Below are positions 1-10,364 of a stretch of 64,000 nt of DNA, one piece after another. The position numbers and the translations under genes were made by a program. Below the pieces are notes generated by a model that did not search any database, was not told the DNA's origin, and saw nothing but the letters and a program-made list of their open reading frames with translations. The DNA is from Candidatus Latescibacterota bacterium (lineage in GTDB: Bacteria; Latescibacterota; UBA2968; GCA-2709665). How positions within the stretch are numbered: the stretch's first letter is position 1; every line of letters starts with the position of its first letter. The stretch spans positions 1,600,001 to 1,664,000 of the forward strand of contig OZ250150.1 of the NCBI GenBank assembly GCA_965237675.1, read 5' to 3'.

Positions 1-38
1 TTTCTGACTGTACCGGCCAATCACTGGTTTGAGGAATA

Positions 39-3000
39 ATGAACACGATCGTCCCACGCACTTGTACAGTGATCCCGCTCGGGGATGAGAAACGGAATCA
101 GGCAAGGGACTCACGACCCCTGGCCGGGTTTCGGGATACTCTGGCCTATGTGTTGCTCGGTGACCCCGGCTCGGGGAAGACCACCGCGTTCGAGACCGAG
201 AAAGAGGCGCTTGGGGACGGCGCCTGTATGATCTCCGCCCGCGACTTTATTGCCCTGGACGTGGAAATGCACGCCGAGTGGCGCAATAAGACACTCTTTA
301 TCGACGGTCTTGACGAGGTCCGCGTTGGCGCTCCAAACGCGCGCACACCCTTTGAAGAAATCCGGAATCGTCTCGAAAGACTGGGTCATCCGCGTTTCCG
401 ATTGTCGTGCCGGGAAGCGGACTGGCTCGGGGAGAACGATTGGCAGCATTTGACGACCGTGTCAAAGGACAACAGCGTCACGGTTCTTCGCCTCGATCCA
501 CTTTCCGAATCGGACATTATGCGGATATTGGAGGGCAAGGGCGTCAAAGATCCCCAGGTTTTCATGGAAAATTCCCGGGAACGACGGATTGACGGACTGC
601 TACAGAACCCGCTGACCCTCGAGTTGCTGGCCACCGTTATAGCGCGTAGCGGACAATGGCCTGAGAGCCGCCTGCAAACATTCGAGCAGGCCTGTTTACA
701 CCTGGTCCGCGAGCACAATAGAGAACACAAAGCTGTCAAGAGGCCTCTTAATTTACAGCGGTTGCTGGAAGCTGCGGGGCATCTCTGCGCCGTTCAGCTG
801 ATTTCTGGTATCGAAGGGTACACGCAGGGGCAGGGTGATCCGGACACAGACTTTCCCTCTTTGGAGGAAATTCAATTCGAGAACCCGGAGTTGCTACAGT
901 CCGTGCTGTCGATAAAGCTATTTGCGGCAGAGTCCGCTTCGTTTAACCGTTTCGCCCCGATTCACCGGCACGTCGCTGAATTCCTCGGTGCTCGGTACCT
1001 CGCATGGCTGATCGAAGACGGACTTCCTGCCCGGCGGGTCCTCTCTCTCATCACGGGAGAGGACGGAATCGTGGTGACCGGGTTGAGGGGGCTGTCCGCC
1101 TGGCTCGCGGCGCACTGTAAGAGCGCCCGAAGTGAGCTTATCATTCGGGATCCCGTCGGTGTCGGTCTCTACGGCGATATACACGGGTTTTCGTTTGACG
1201 AGAAACGGGCGCTCCTGAATGCTCTGCACAGTGAGGTGTCCAGGCTCGGTTCCATTCAGTTGGCGGCGGCTTTCGGTCCTCTCGCCACACCCGAAATGGA
1301 ACCCTGTCTCAGGGACATCCTGAGTAACGCGAGCCGTGAAACCGAACATCAGATGTTTGTCAGTTTTATACTGAGATTCGTACGTGACGGGTCGCGGATG
1401 CATGGTCTTTCCAGTCTCTTGCTTGATATTGTCCGCGACGTGACACGGTGGCCGGACATCAATGCGTTAGCGCTCGACGCATTCATCCACTGTGAAGACG
1501 AACGGACAGGAACCTGCGATCTCAAGATGCTCTTGAAGGAGGTGAATAACGAGAAGGTCTCCGATCCTGACAAGAAACTGCTTGGAAAGCTGCTATCACA
1601 ACTGTACCCCCGTGAACTTTCTCCCGCCGATGTGTGGGCATACTTGGTCGAGACCCCCGATTCAAATATCGCTGGTGCCTACTGGTGGTTTTGGGAGCAT
1701 AAGCTTCTTGAAAAGTCTACGGATGAACACGCCGTTGAACTCCTGGACAGACTGATACATCGGTTTCCGCGTTTGTCTTCCACACTGCAAAACCGTCTCG
1801 AGTTGGCAGGTCTTCCGCGGAAATTGCTGGCGCGCACCCTGCCGCATTGCGGGGAGACTGTAGACGCAACTCGACTCTACGATTGGCTCAGCTTGGGTTT
1901 CTCAGAGGCTCATGGGGTAAGGAGCAGCGACGAAAACAAATTTTGTGAAATTCGGTCCTGGCTTGAGCAACGCCCCAAAGTGCAGAAGAGGGTCATCTCC
2001 GAGGGATTGAACCGGTTTCCCGAATCGGACAAATTCAGGTATCACGCCTTCAACGTTCTAGCGCGTCTGTACGGCGCTGGCCTTCCACGTGACTTTGGGC
2101 GCTGGTGTCTCAACCAGGCTGTCGCTATGGCCTGTCGAAGGTCGCAGATCGCGGAGTATCTTCTGGAACTCGCTTGGCGGTCGAACACGGATCGACGGGG
2201 GAACGAAGGCCTGACACCGGAACTCCTGGAGAAGCTTGCGAGCAAGAATAAAGTGTTGAAAGCCCGTCTGGCGGAGTTACGGGTTCAGAGTTCTCCCCCC
2301 CGAGGTGATCGCGTGGCAGACCGTGATGGTCAAGGGTCCCGATACATCGATCAGCGAAGGTTAAAAGAAAAGCAATGGCTTGACAATCTCCGATCCAATG
2401 AGGTCGCGCTGCGCGAGAACCGGGCCGGGGCCGGCCTGCTATCCCGAATTGCGGCCAGGTACTTCGGCGCAACGATCAATCCCCCAATCGCTGGGGGCAC
2501 TGGAGACATTGAGAAAGACCTGGGATCGGATCAGAGCTTGATCGATGCAGTTCGTGTTGGAATCCGCGGCGTTATCGAAAGGAAGGACGTTCCAGGTTCC
2601 GGAGAGATTCTCGCGCTCAAGGAAAAAGGCCAGGTGTATCATATCGGTTGGCCCTTCCTGGCGGCACTGGAGGAGATTGAGAAGTCCGCGCCAGAGGAGC
2701 TTTCCCGGCTTAACGAAGAGCAGATGCGCAGTGCGCTGGCGTTCCATTTCTGTTTGGGCTATTGGCACGAGCCCAATTGGTATCGGCGAATCCGAGATGC
2801 CTGTCCGGACGTCGCCGCCGACATGCTGAAACGGTGCGGCATTTCCGAGCTTCGTCGCCGTAGTGGCGGAAATTCCGGGCTCTTTGCACTCCTGCCGGAC
2901 AAAGAAAACGCTAAGGTCGGCGGGCTCGCAAGCCTGCCGCTCCTGCGGGCTTTTCCCACGCGATGCAATGCCAAACAGATTCACACCCTGGACAATCTCC

Positions 3001-4136
3001 TCTGGGCCGCATTACGGCACGCGGACAGGTCGTTGTTTGAGGAACTGATCGAAACAAAACTGTCTCGCAAGAGCATGAACGACGCTCAGCGCGTGCGCTG
3101 GTTGGCCGCGGCGGTCGTTCGTTCGCCTGAGGCGCATACGTGCATGTTGACTGCCTTTGTACAGGGTAAAGAAAAGCGGGTGCGGTGTCTGGCGGAATTC
3201 TTCTCCGGCGAATTCCGACGCGCCGGTTTCTCGCTTGCGGAAGTCGAACTACCGACTCCCGTACTGGAGATCCTCGTTCGCCTTATCGGAGGCTGCTGCC
3301 GACCCTTTGAGCCGAGGCGCGAACCAGACGATGACTGGGATGCGCCTGTAAATACTTATTCTAAACTTGGTCGTGCGTTTCTGGGACGACTCGCCGCCTC
3401 CCGCGACAGAAAAGCGGCCGATGCACTGGACAGGCTTCTAGTCGAACCGGCGCTATCGGCCTGGCACGACGTTCTCTCTCAGGCGCGAGATTCCCAGAGG
3501 GTCATTCGCAGAGACGCCGACTATCGCCATCCGGAAATCCATGACGTCTGCCGGACCCTGGACAGCGGTAACCCCGCCAACGTGGCTGACCTCGCTGCTC
3601 TCGTGACCGATCATCTACATGAGATCGCGCGAAATATACATGACGGCAATACCTCCGATTGGCGTCAATATTGGGAAAACCCTTCTGACGAGGAAACCCG
3701 AAAACCGAAACATGAAGAGCTTTGCAGGGACGCGTTGCTATCCGATTTGAAATACAAATTGGCCCGATTGCCAATTGACGCCCAGCCGGAGGGCCGTTAC
3801 GCAGACGAGAAACGGGCGGACATTCGAGTTTCCTTCGAGGACTTCAACGTGCCGGTGGAGATCAAAAAGAACAACCATCCCGATCTGTGGACTGCGATAA
3901 AGACGCAGTTGATCGCCAAATACACCCGAGATCCGGGTGCGGCCGGACACGGCATCTACCTGGTGTTCTGGTTCGGCAAGGCGAACACCCGGTTTCATCC
4001 ATCGGGCAGGCGCCCGGAAACTCCCGGTGAGCTTGAGCGACAGCTTAAAGAGACACTCTCGGAAGAGGAAACTCATCGGATATCCGTGCGTGTAATTAAC
4101 GTCAGCGGGGAGGATGCGGACTGGCGGGAGAACTGA
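39..4136 (+). CDS. NACHT/STAND-family NTPase with long helical middle region and C-terminal PD-(D/E)XK-like nuclease domain (candidate anti-phage protein)
   Basis: 1365-aa ORF with GAGG RBS. Walker A LLGDPGSGKTT, Walker B LFIDGLDE, SCR sensor and NPLTL motif typical of NACHT. The C-terminus RADIRVS...VPVEIKK...GIYLVFWFG resembles a restriction-endonuclease fold. Confidence 0.8.
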   Translation: MNTIVPRTCTVIPLGDEKRNQARDSRPLAGFRDTLAYVLLGDPGSGKTTAFETEKEALGDGACMISARDFIALDVEMHAEWRNKTLFIDGLDEVRVGAPNARTPFEEIRNRLERLGHPRFRLSCREADWLGENDWQHLTTVSKDNSVTVLRLDPLSESDIMRILEGKGVKDPQVFMENSRERRIDGLLQNPLTLELLATVIARSGQWPESRLQTFEQACLHLVREHNREHKAVKRPLNLQRLLEAAGHLCAVQLISGIEGYTQGQGDPDTDFPSLEEIQFENPELLQSVLSIKLFAAESASFNRFAPIHRHVAEFLGARYLAWLIEDGLPARRVLSLITGEDGIVVTGLRGLSAWLAAHCKSARSELIIRDPVGVGLYGDIHGFSFDEKRALLNALHSEVSRLGSIQLAAAFGPLATPEMEPCLRDILSNASRETEHQMFVSFILRFVRDGSRMHGLSSLLLDIVRDVTRWPDINALALDAFIHCEDERTGTCDLKMLLKEVNNEKVSDPDKKLLGKLLSQLYPRELSPADVWAYLVETPDSNIAGAYWWFWEHKLLEKSTDEHAVELLDRLIHRFPRLSSTLQNRLELAGLPRKLLARTLPHCGETVDATRLYDWLSLGFSEAHGVRSSDENKFCEIRSWLEQRPKVQKRVISEGLNRFPESDKFRYHAFNVLARLYGAGLPRDFGRWCLNQAVAMACRRSQIAEYLLELAWRSNTDRRGNEGLTPELLEKLASKNKVLKARLAELRVQSSPPRGDRVADRDGQGSRYIDQRRLKEKQWLDNLRSNEVALRENRAGAGLLSRIAARYFGATINPPIAGGTGDIEKDLGSDQSLIDAVRVGIRGVIERKDVPGSGEILALKEKGQVYHIGWPFLAALEEIEKSAPEELSRLNEEQMRSALAFHFCLGYWHEPNWYRRIRDACPDVAADMLKRCGISELRRRSGGNSGLFALLPDKENAKVGGLASLPLLRAFPTRCNAKQIHTLDNLLWAALRHADRSLFEELIETKLSRKSMNDAQRVRWLAAAVVRSPEAHTCMLTAFVQGKEKRVRCLAEFFSGEFRRAGFSLAEVELPTPVLEILVRLIGGCCRPFEPRREPDDDWDAPVNTYSKLGRAFLGRLAASRDRKAADALDRLLVEPALSAWHDVLSQARDSQRVIRRDADYRHPEIHDVCRTLDSGNPANVADLAALVTDHLHEIARNIHDGNTSDWRQYWENPSDEETRKPKHEELCRDALLSDLKYKLARLPIDAQPEGRYADEKRADIRVSFEDFNVPVEIKKNNHPDLWTAIKTQLIAKYTRDPGAAGHGIYLVFWFGKANTRFHPSGRRPETPGELERQLKETLSEEETHRISVRVINVSGEDADWREN

Positions 4137-4448
4137 TGCCGGCGATCGGAGCGTGTGGCGTGACTCACAGGAAGGGGTACGTTTTCGCCCTGGTAAATTT
4201 GATCCAGCGTTGAGGCTGGTTGTATCCGACGATGCTACTTCGGGAAGTCATCTCTGCCTGATATCCTTCTATATTTCCACTTTCATTTCCGTTACATTTC
4301 AAAACTAACGCTTTAAATATAATAAGTTATACAATTATAAACAAATCGAATTCAATCTTATTTCACGATTCGTTTCAAACTTATTTCCCGTTCCACCTGC
4401 ACGTTGGTGGTCGATTTGGAGCCATTCCGCCGGCTTGTCCCGCAGCAT

Positions 4449-5246
4449 TCATCGTGACGCGAAATCTTCCTCGTCGTTCCGGTTCGTCTTCAGGCCGGCC
4501 GCTTCGAGGCAGCGGTCCATCTCGGCGACCAGATCCCTGTACCGGGCGCTGCGGAAATAGGCCTTTGCGCGGTCCGACTGCCGCAGGCCCGTTCTGTCGG
4601 TGTAGCGCATGGTCCCGGTGTACACGTCGTCCGCGGCGTCTTTCAGCAGCCGCGCGAAGCGGGCCGGCTGACCGTAGAGCAGAGGCGCCACCGCCGCGGT
4701 AACGTGAATGCCCGCTGCCCTGAGGCGCCGCATGGTTTTCAGCCTGACTTCAATCCGAGGCGCGTGCGGCTCCAGTTTGCGCCGGACGCGTTCGTCGTCG
4801 GTGGGCACGGAGAAACACACCCGCAGACGGGTTTTGAACCCCTGCAGCAGGTCGGTATCGTCGAGGACGAGGTGGCTCCGTGTGTGTACCACAACGTCTT
4901 TCGGGTTACTGTCCAGCAGGACGCCCAGGCAGCGGCGGGTCAGCCGGTATTGCCGTTCCACGTATTGGTACGGGTCGGTGGCCGAACCCACGAAAATCCG
5001 CCGGCCCCATATCTTGTCGCGCGCCTTGGCCAGAAGAAAGGGCGCGTTCGTCTTGGGCTGGACCCATTCGCCCCACGGCAGGGGGTGTTCCGCGGCGTAG
5101 TGGTATTTCATAACGTAGCAATAGGCGCATCCCATGCCGCACCCGACGTACGGATTCAGGGTGTATCGGGTGGCGGGAGGGCCGTCCTGTGGCATCAGGA
5201 CCGAACGCGCTTCGGTCTCTTCGATTTCCAGATGGGTGTGCGCCAT
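4449..5246 (-). CDS. Radical SAM protein, spore photoproduct lyase-like (SPL/Rv2578c-like)
   Basis: LNPYVGCGMGCAYCY (CxxxCxxC), GSATDPYQ..E...RLTR, TRS and EP.AP..E.RL motifs. Start taken at the ATG of MAHTHLE. Confidence 0.85.
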   Translation of the reverse strand: MAHTHLEIEETEARSVLMPQDGPPATRYTLNPYVGCGMGCAYCYVMKYHYAAEHPLPWGEWVQPKTNAPFLLAKARDKIWGRRIFVGSATDPYQYVERQYRLTRRCLGVLLDSNPKDVVVHTRSHLVLDDTDLLQGFKTRLRVCFSVPTDDERVRRKLEPHAPRIEVRLKTMRRLRAAGIHVTAAVAPLLYGQPARFARLLKDAADDVYTGTMRYTDRTGLRQSDRAKAYFRSARYRDLVAEMDRCLEAAGLKTNRNDEEDFASR

Positions 5247-5581
5247 ATACTGAATATACTGCACAAATGTTCATTAATCAAGTCCGAAAGAGGTCTGGGC
5301 GAAGAGCAGGGAAACGCGCTTTAACGTTAAGCAACGTCATTATACGTGAATACGTCCCGCTTTTGTTGTACCAGGGGTAAGACCCCGAACACATTCAACA
5401 GTCCAAGGCAGTCTTGTTCCCGCGCGACCGGTGGTGGAGAGGGGGGTTTTTCCGTGCTATTCCGTCCAGCACAGTGGTACAGGTACACGTGAAAGGTTTG
5501 CAGGGCACCCAATTCCCATTTGTGCCTCTGAGGTGATTCACGGAAAAACCGGCCCCGTGCCGAACGGCGCCGTTCTTTTTG

Positions 5582-5612
5582 GTCCTTTTTCTTTGCGAGA
5601 AAGAAAAAGGAC
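5582..5612. repeat. Perfect 13-bp hairpin within a ~650-bp intergenic region
   Basis: GTCCTTTTTCTTT-GCGAG-AAAGAAAAAGGAC. Confidence 0.7.
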
Positions 5613-5948
5613 GAAGAGAAATCGAAAGGTGAAGGAAGCGGAAGAGCCTGTGTCCGCCCGGAACGCAGTTCCAAAAAAAACCGGAAGAGGTAAGACGGGA
5701 AAAGTGAGAAGACCACGCCGTACCCCAACGGTTTCTCGTTCCCATTCGCAATCCACTTGTCGTTTCACGCAACCAGACTCCATCTGCCGGCGTCCTATAC
5801 GTAGTACTTATTGACACTTCTTACGTCTCCCCTCTTCCCTCTCGCGGCTTTAGGGATACCATCGACACGCCAAATTTGTTAATTTTAGTCGAAGTGATCC
5901 AACACGCTGCATCCAACCCGGATATCCGATTCTTCAGGAGGATCCCAA

Positions 5949-6647
5949 ATGAAAACGACCCTTGTGCTGTTGTTGACGGCTGCCGCCCTGATTGTCGTCC
6001 TGGCCTTCGGTGTGCGGGACGGCCGGACGGAAACGAAAAACGTGGAGCAGGCCACGTTTGCGGGCGGCTGCTTCTGGTGCATCGAAGCCCCTTTCGATAA
6101 GCTGAAGGGAGTCGTCTCCGCCGTATCCGGCTATACGGGCGGGGAAATCCGGAACCCCACCTACGGCCAGGTCAGTTCAGGCAATACCAGGCACATCGAG
6201 TCGGTCCTGGTCACATTCGACCCGTCCGTCATCACCTACGCCCAATTGCTCGACGTGTTCTGGCGGCAGTTCGATCCCACCGATGCCGGCGGGTCGTTCC
6301 ATGACCGGGGTCACCATTACACATCGGCAATCTTCTACCACGACGAGAAGCAGAAACAGTTGGCGGAAGCCTCAAAAGAAGCCCTGGCAAAGTCGGATCG
6401 CTTCGAGGCCCCCATCGTCACCCCGATCCGCTCCGCGGAGACGTTTTTTCCGGCGGAGGAATACCACCAGGATTACGACAGGAAAAAGCCGGCCCATTAC
6501 AACCGCTACCGTAAGGGCTCAGGGCGCGACCGCTTTATCGAGCGGATCTGGGGGCGGGACTTACCCGCCGGGTCCTCCGGCAGGACCTGGGTCAAACCCC
6601 CCAAAGCAGAGTTGCGCGGTAAGCTACACCCCTGCAGTGGAAGGTGA
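5949..6647 (+). CDS. msrA: Peptide-methionine (S)-S-oxide reductase MsrA domain with N-terminal signal peptide; 5' part of a frameshifted msrAB fusion
   Basis: AGGCFWC active site, [16 protein letters not shown]; hydrophobic N-terminus. Confidence 0.92.
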   Translation: MKTTLVLLLTAAALIVVLAFGVRDGRTETKNVEQATFAGGCFWCIEAPFDKLKGVVSAVSGYTGGEIRNPTYGQVSSGNTRHIESVLVTFDPSVITYAQLLDVFWRQFDPTDAGGSFHDRGHHYTSAIFYHDEKQKQLAEASKEALAKSDRFEAPIVTPIRSAETFFPAEEYHQDYDRKKPAHYNRYRKGSGRDRFIERIWGRDLPAGSSGRTWVKPPKAELRGKLHPCSGR

Positions 6648-7042
6648 CCCAGGAAGACGGTACCGAGCGTCCGTTTCGCAACGAGCACTGGGACAACAAG
6701 AAACCGGGAATCTACGTGGATATCGTCTCGGGCGAACCACTATTCAGTTCAACGCACAAATTCCGGTCGGGTACAGGCTGGCCCAGCTTCACGCAGCCGC
6801 TGGTCCGCAACCATGTTGTGAAGCACGTCGACAACAGTCTCTTCATGGCCCGCACCGAGGTTCGCAGCAAGTTCGGGGACTCCCACCTTGGCCATATCTT
6901 CCCCGACGGACCTCCGCCCACCGGGCTGCGCTATTGCATCAATTCGGCTTCCCTGCGGTTTATTCCCACGGATGAATTGAAAGCCGCCGGGTACGGCCAG
7001 TACCTCGACCTGTTCAAAGGGCTTGACATTTCCGGGAAATGA
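6644..7042 (+). CDS. msrB: Peptide-methionine (R)-S-oxide reductase MsrB domain; 3' part of a frameshifted msrAB fusion
   Basis: [33 protein letters not shown]. Confidence 0.92.
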   Translation: MTQEDGTERPFRNEHWDNKKPGIYVDIVSGEPLFSSTHKFRSGTGWPSFTQPLVRNHVVKHVDNSLFMARTEVRSKFGDSHLGHIFPDGPPPTGLRYCINSASLRFIPTDELKAAGYGQYLDLFKGLDISGK

Positions 7043-7044
7043 AC

Positions 7045-7671
7045 CTATTGGGTGATTTCGTCGGCAGACACGACGGCAACGCCGCGGGTCTTCCATCCGT
7101 CGACGAGTGCTTCGCCGCGTTCGGTAGAGATGGCCTGCGCGGCGTCCAGAACCAATTCGATCGCGGCGGTGTTTCTCTCGAGGAAGCCGTTGATGGCGTG
7201 GGCATTGCATACGTCGAGCGCAACGCCGTACAGGACGATGCGATCGGGTCTGATCATGTCCAGAACGGGCTCCACGTTCCGGTTGGTGAAGACGTCGAAA
7301 CGCTGTTTACGGAAGATGACTTCGCCCGTGTGATCCCGGATCCGCTGGCTGAGGGCCATTGGATCCTCAGCGTCGCCGTCGATCCACAGCGGATTCACCG
7401 GGCGGGTTTCCGGAACCTTCAGCTGGCCCGGGGTGCCCTTGAGGCAGTGTGGCGGAAAGGTGTTCAGGAAGTCGGGGGCTTCCGAAATTTCGGGATCTTC
7501 GGGGTTGTGGTAGTCCACCGAGCCGAAGATGGGAACGCCTCGCTGTCGCGCGTTGGCGGTGAGCCGCGCCAGGTTGGGCAGGATTTTCTCCGCCTCCTGG
7601 ATGTAGAGCTTGCCGCCTGGCATGATAAAGTCGTACTGGGTATCCACGTCCCAGAAGATGGTGTCGTGCAT
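7045..7671 (-). CDS. Cysteine hydrolase / nicotinamidase (isochorismatase family)
   Basis: DVDTQYDF..PGG, D.H, FPPHC, K, YGVALDVC catalytic pattern. Confidence 0.85.
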   Translation of the reverse strand: MHDTIFWDVDTQYDFIMPGGKLYIQEAEKILPNLARLTANARQRGVPIFGSVDYHNPEDPEISEAPDFLNTFPPHCLKGTPGQLKVPETRPVNPLWIDGDAEDPMALSQRIRDHTGEVIFRKQRFDVFTNRNVEPVLDMIRPDRIVLYGVALDVCNAHAINGFLERNTAAIELVLDAAQAISTERGEALVDGWKTRGVAVVSADEITQ

Positions 7672-7764
7672 CGGCGCCCCCTCGGAAATTTTCTAAAAAG
7701 ATAATAAAAAACCGGGATCGTAACAAGGGAAGCGCCGTTCGCGAAGATGCCTCGCCTTGAATCT

Positions 7765-8499
7765 CTAAGACGGGGCGGGCGGATCCGGCGGGGTGGCGAG
7801 TTTCTGCATGAAGATACCCGCGGCGACGGAGACGTTGAGGGAGGCGACGGTACCCGTGGAAGGGATCTTGCACGTGGCGTCGCATTTGTCCAGTGTGAGG
7901 CGTCGCAGGCCGCGTTCCTCGTTGCCGAGAACAATCAGCCATGGGCGGTCGGCCCCGATCTGGGCAAGGTTGGTGTCGGCGTTTTCGGAGGCGCCCAGGA
8001 TCCAGAGATTTGTCTTCTGTGCCAGATCCAGAGCGCGGCTGAGGTTGGTCAGGATGGAGAACGGCACGTGTTCGATGCCTCCGGAGGCAACGTCATACAC
8101 GGTTTCCGTAAGCGGGGCGGAGCGGTCGCGTGTGAGCAGGATGCCGCGGACACCGAAGAAGGCGGCGGTCCGAAAGATCGCGCCCACGTTGTGCGGATCC
8201 TGCACCTGGTCGAGGGCAAGCCAGAGTCCGTTCGCGGGTACGTCCGCAAAGAGGTCCTGGATGGTGACCGGATGTCGATCCTTGACGACGGCCTCCGCGT
8301 TGCCCGCGCGGCCGGCACGGTTCTGTCTCCCGGATGGCCGCGTTTCGCGGGTGACTTTAACGCCGATTTCCACAGCGGACGCCCGGATCTGTCTCCACGG
8401 GCCGGCAACCGGGTCCGAGAGGCGGATTTCGTAGACGTCCTGGGGTCGGGCCTGCAGGACGGCCAGGATGCTGTGAGGGTTCTTGAGGTGGAGAGGCAT
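7765..8499 (-). CDS. TrmH/SpoU-family RNA 2'-O-methyltransferase (RlmB-like)
   Basis: LDQVQDPHNVGAIFRTA, LGNEERGL and SLNVSVAAGI SPOUT motifs. Start taken at MPLHLKN. Confidence 0.88.
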   Translation of the reverse strand: MPLHLKNPHSILAVLQARPQDVYEIRLSDPVAGPWRQIRASAVEIGVKVTRETRPSGRQNRAGRAGNAEAVVKDRHPVTIQDLFADVPANGLWLALDQVQDPHNVGAIFRTAAFFGVRGILLTRDRSAPLTETVYDVASGGIEHVPFSILTNLSRALDLAQKTNLWILGASENADTNLAQIGADRPWLIVLGNEERGLRRLTLDKCDATCKIPSTGTVASLNVSVAAGIFMQKLATPPDPPAPS

Positions 8500-8530
8500 T
8501 GCGTTTTCTCGTGTTTCGGGTTGTGGCCGG

Positions 8531-10156
8531 CTATCCGAACATTCCCTCCGTAAATTGCCGGCGGATGACTTTCTTGTCGAGTTTTCCAACGCCGGTCTTG
8601 GGGATTTGGTTGACGAAAACGATTCTGTCGGGCACCCAGTATTTCGGATACACGGACGCCAGCAGCGCCCGAAGTTCCTCGGCCGTGGCCGCGTCCACGT
8701 TGGGCGACCGGACGGCGACGGCGAATGGCCGCTCGGTCCATTTCTCGTCGGGTATGGCGATAACGGCCGCTTCGGTGACGCCGGGGTGGCTCATCAGGGT
8801 GTTTTCCAGTTCGACGCTGGAGATCCACTCACCGCCGCTCTTGATCAGGTCTCTGGTCCGGTCCGTGATGGTCAGGAAGCTGTCCGGGCTCATCGATCCG
8901 ACGTCGCCGGTTCGGAACCACCCGTCGGTCGTGAAATGATCCGGACCCGGATCCTGCTTGTAGTAACTTCCAATCACCCATGGACCCCGGACTTCGATTT
9001 CGCCTATGCTACGGCCGTCCCACGGCGCTTCGTTGCCGGAATCGTCCACAATCCGCATTTCTACACCGGAAATGGGATACCCTTGCCTGGCTTTCGCGTC
9101 CCACTTGTCTGCGTCCGAAAGAGCGTGATGATGGCGTTGCAGCCTGGAGACGGTGCCCAGGGGCGAGAGTTCGGTCATTCCCCAGGCGTGCACGACGGGG
9201 ACGTTGAGTTCCGTCTCGTAGGCTTCGATCAGGCCGCGCGGCATGGCCGAACCGCCGACGATCAGAGACCGGATACAGGAGATGTCGCGTGGATTGGCTT
9301 TCAGTTCTTCATAGAGTCCGGTCCAGATGGTGGGTACGCCGGCGGGAACGGTAACGCCTTCTTCCGCGATCATCCTGGCCAGGGCGCGGGGTTTCAGGTG
9401 GGGACCGGGCAGTACCATTTCCGCGCCGGCCATGGCGCAGGCATAGGGCAGACCCCAGGCCATGGCGTGAAACTGAGGCACGACGGGCATGACGACGTCC
9501 GATTCAACAATGCCGACGGCGTTGGACTGGTTCACGCCGAGGGTGTGAAGAAACATCGAGCGGTGGGAATAGAGCGCACCCCGGGGTTCGCCGGTCGTGC
9601 CGCTGGTATAACAGAGGCCCATGGCCGCCGTTTCGTCGGTTACGGGCCATTCGAAGGTGTCGCTTCCGTTCGTGATCAGATTTTCATAGCAGTAGGTGTC
9701 GGACAGGGCGGTCCGGATGTCCGGATCGGTATTGAACAGGACGATGCACGGGGGGCGGTCGAGTCTGGCCGCTACAGCTTCGAAGAGCGGCAGCAGGCTC
9801 GCGTCCACAAAGATGGCTTTGTCTTCCGCGTGGCTGATGATATGGGCCAGTTGGTCCGGAGAGAGGCGGATGTTGAGTGTATGGCAGACGGCGCCGCGGC
9901 ACGGAATGGCGAAGTACAGTTCCAGGTGCTGGTAGTTGTTCCACGCGAAGGTACCTACCCGGTCGCCGGGTTCAATGCCCAGGCTGCACAGTGCGCTGGC
10001 GAGTCGCTTTGACCGACGGTAGAGGTCCGTATATGTGTATCGGTGGACGGTCCCGTCGGGCAATCCGGTGGTAATGCGTTTTTGGGGGTACAGACGATTG
10101 GCGTGCTCAAGGATTCGGTCCATGGTGAGGGGATAGTCCATCATGAGACCTTGCAT
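8531..10156 (-). CDS. Long-chain fatty-acid--CoA ligase
   Basis: [14 protein letters not shown]-binding motif, [23 protein letters not shown]. Start taken at [10 protein letters not shown]. Confidence 0.92.
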   Translation of the reverse strand: MQGLMMDYPLTMDRILEHANRLYPQKRITTGLPDGTVHRYTYTDLYRRSKRLASALCSLGIEPGDRVGTFAWNNYQHLELYFAIPCRGAVCHTLNIRLSPDQLAHIISHAEDKAIFVDASLLPLFEAVAARLDRPPCIVLFNTDPDIRTALSDTYCYENLITNGSDTFEWPVTDETAAMGLCYTSGTTGEPRGALYSHRSMFLHTLGVNQSNAVGIVESDVVMPVVPQFHAMAWGLPYACAMAGAEMVLPGPHLKPRALARMIAEEGVTVPAGVPTIWTGLYEELKANPRDISCIRSLIVGGSAMPRGLIEAYETELNVPVVHAWGMTELSPLGTVSRLQRHHHALSDADKWDAKARQGYPISGVEMRIVDDSGNEAPWDGRSIGEIEVRGPWVIGSYYKQDPGPDHFTTDGWFRTGDVGSMSPDSFLTITDRTRDLIKSGGEWISSVELENTLMSHPGVTEAAVIAIPDEKWTERPFAVAVRSPNVDAATAEELRALLASVYPKYWVPDRIVFVNQIPKTGVGKLDKKVIRRQFTEGMFG

Positions 10157-10329
10157 GGATTGCGCTCCTCGGTGGATGGGCGGCAGGCGCCCGGTTTTCG
10201 GTGCGGCGTGGGCCGCCACACGCGTCGATAGCCCACAGGGCTGCGGCCGAGAAGGCGGTCCACAGCCACAACGGCGCGCCGGTGAAGCCCGGAGCGCATA
10301 CAAGAATCAGGATGCCCAGGGTTTCGACG

Positions 10330-10364
10330 GCCGAATGGTTAGATATTTTTGGGATAGGACACTA
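10330..10364. mobile_element. MITE family A, degenerate right end overlapping the thiolase stop codon
   Basis: GCCGAATGGTTAGATATTTTTGGGATAGGACACTA matches the right end of the 63425-63590 element. Confidence 0.6.

Noticed and set aside
4308-4340. Possible dif (XerCD) site in the AT-rich tract
   Set aside because: TTTAAATATAA resembles an XerD arm only loosely; spacing and the XerC arm do not fit.
5327-5817. Overlapping 80-140-aa ORFs in the intergenic region
   Set aside because: Low-complexity translations of a hairpin/purine-rich tract, with no RBS or domain signature.
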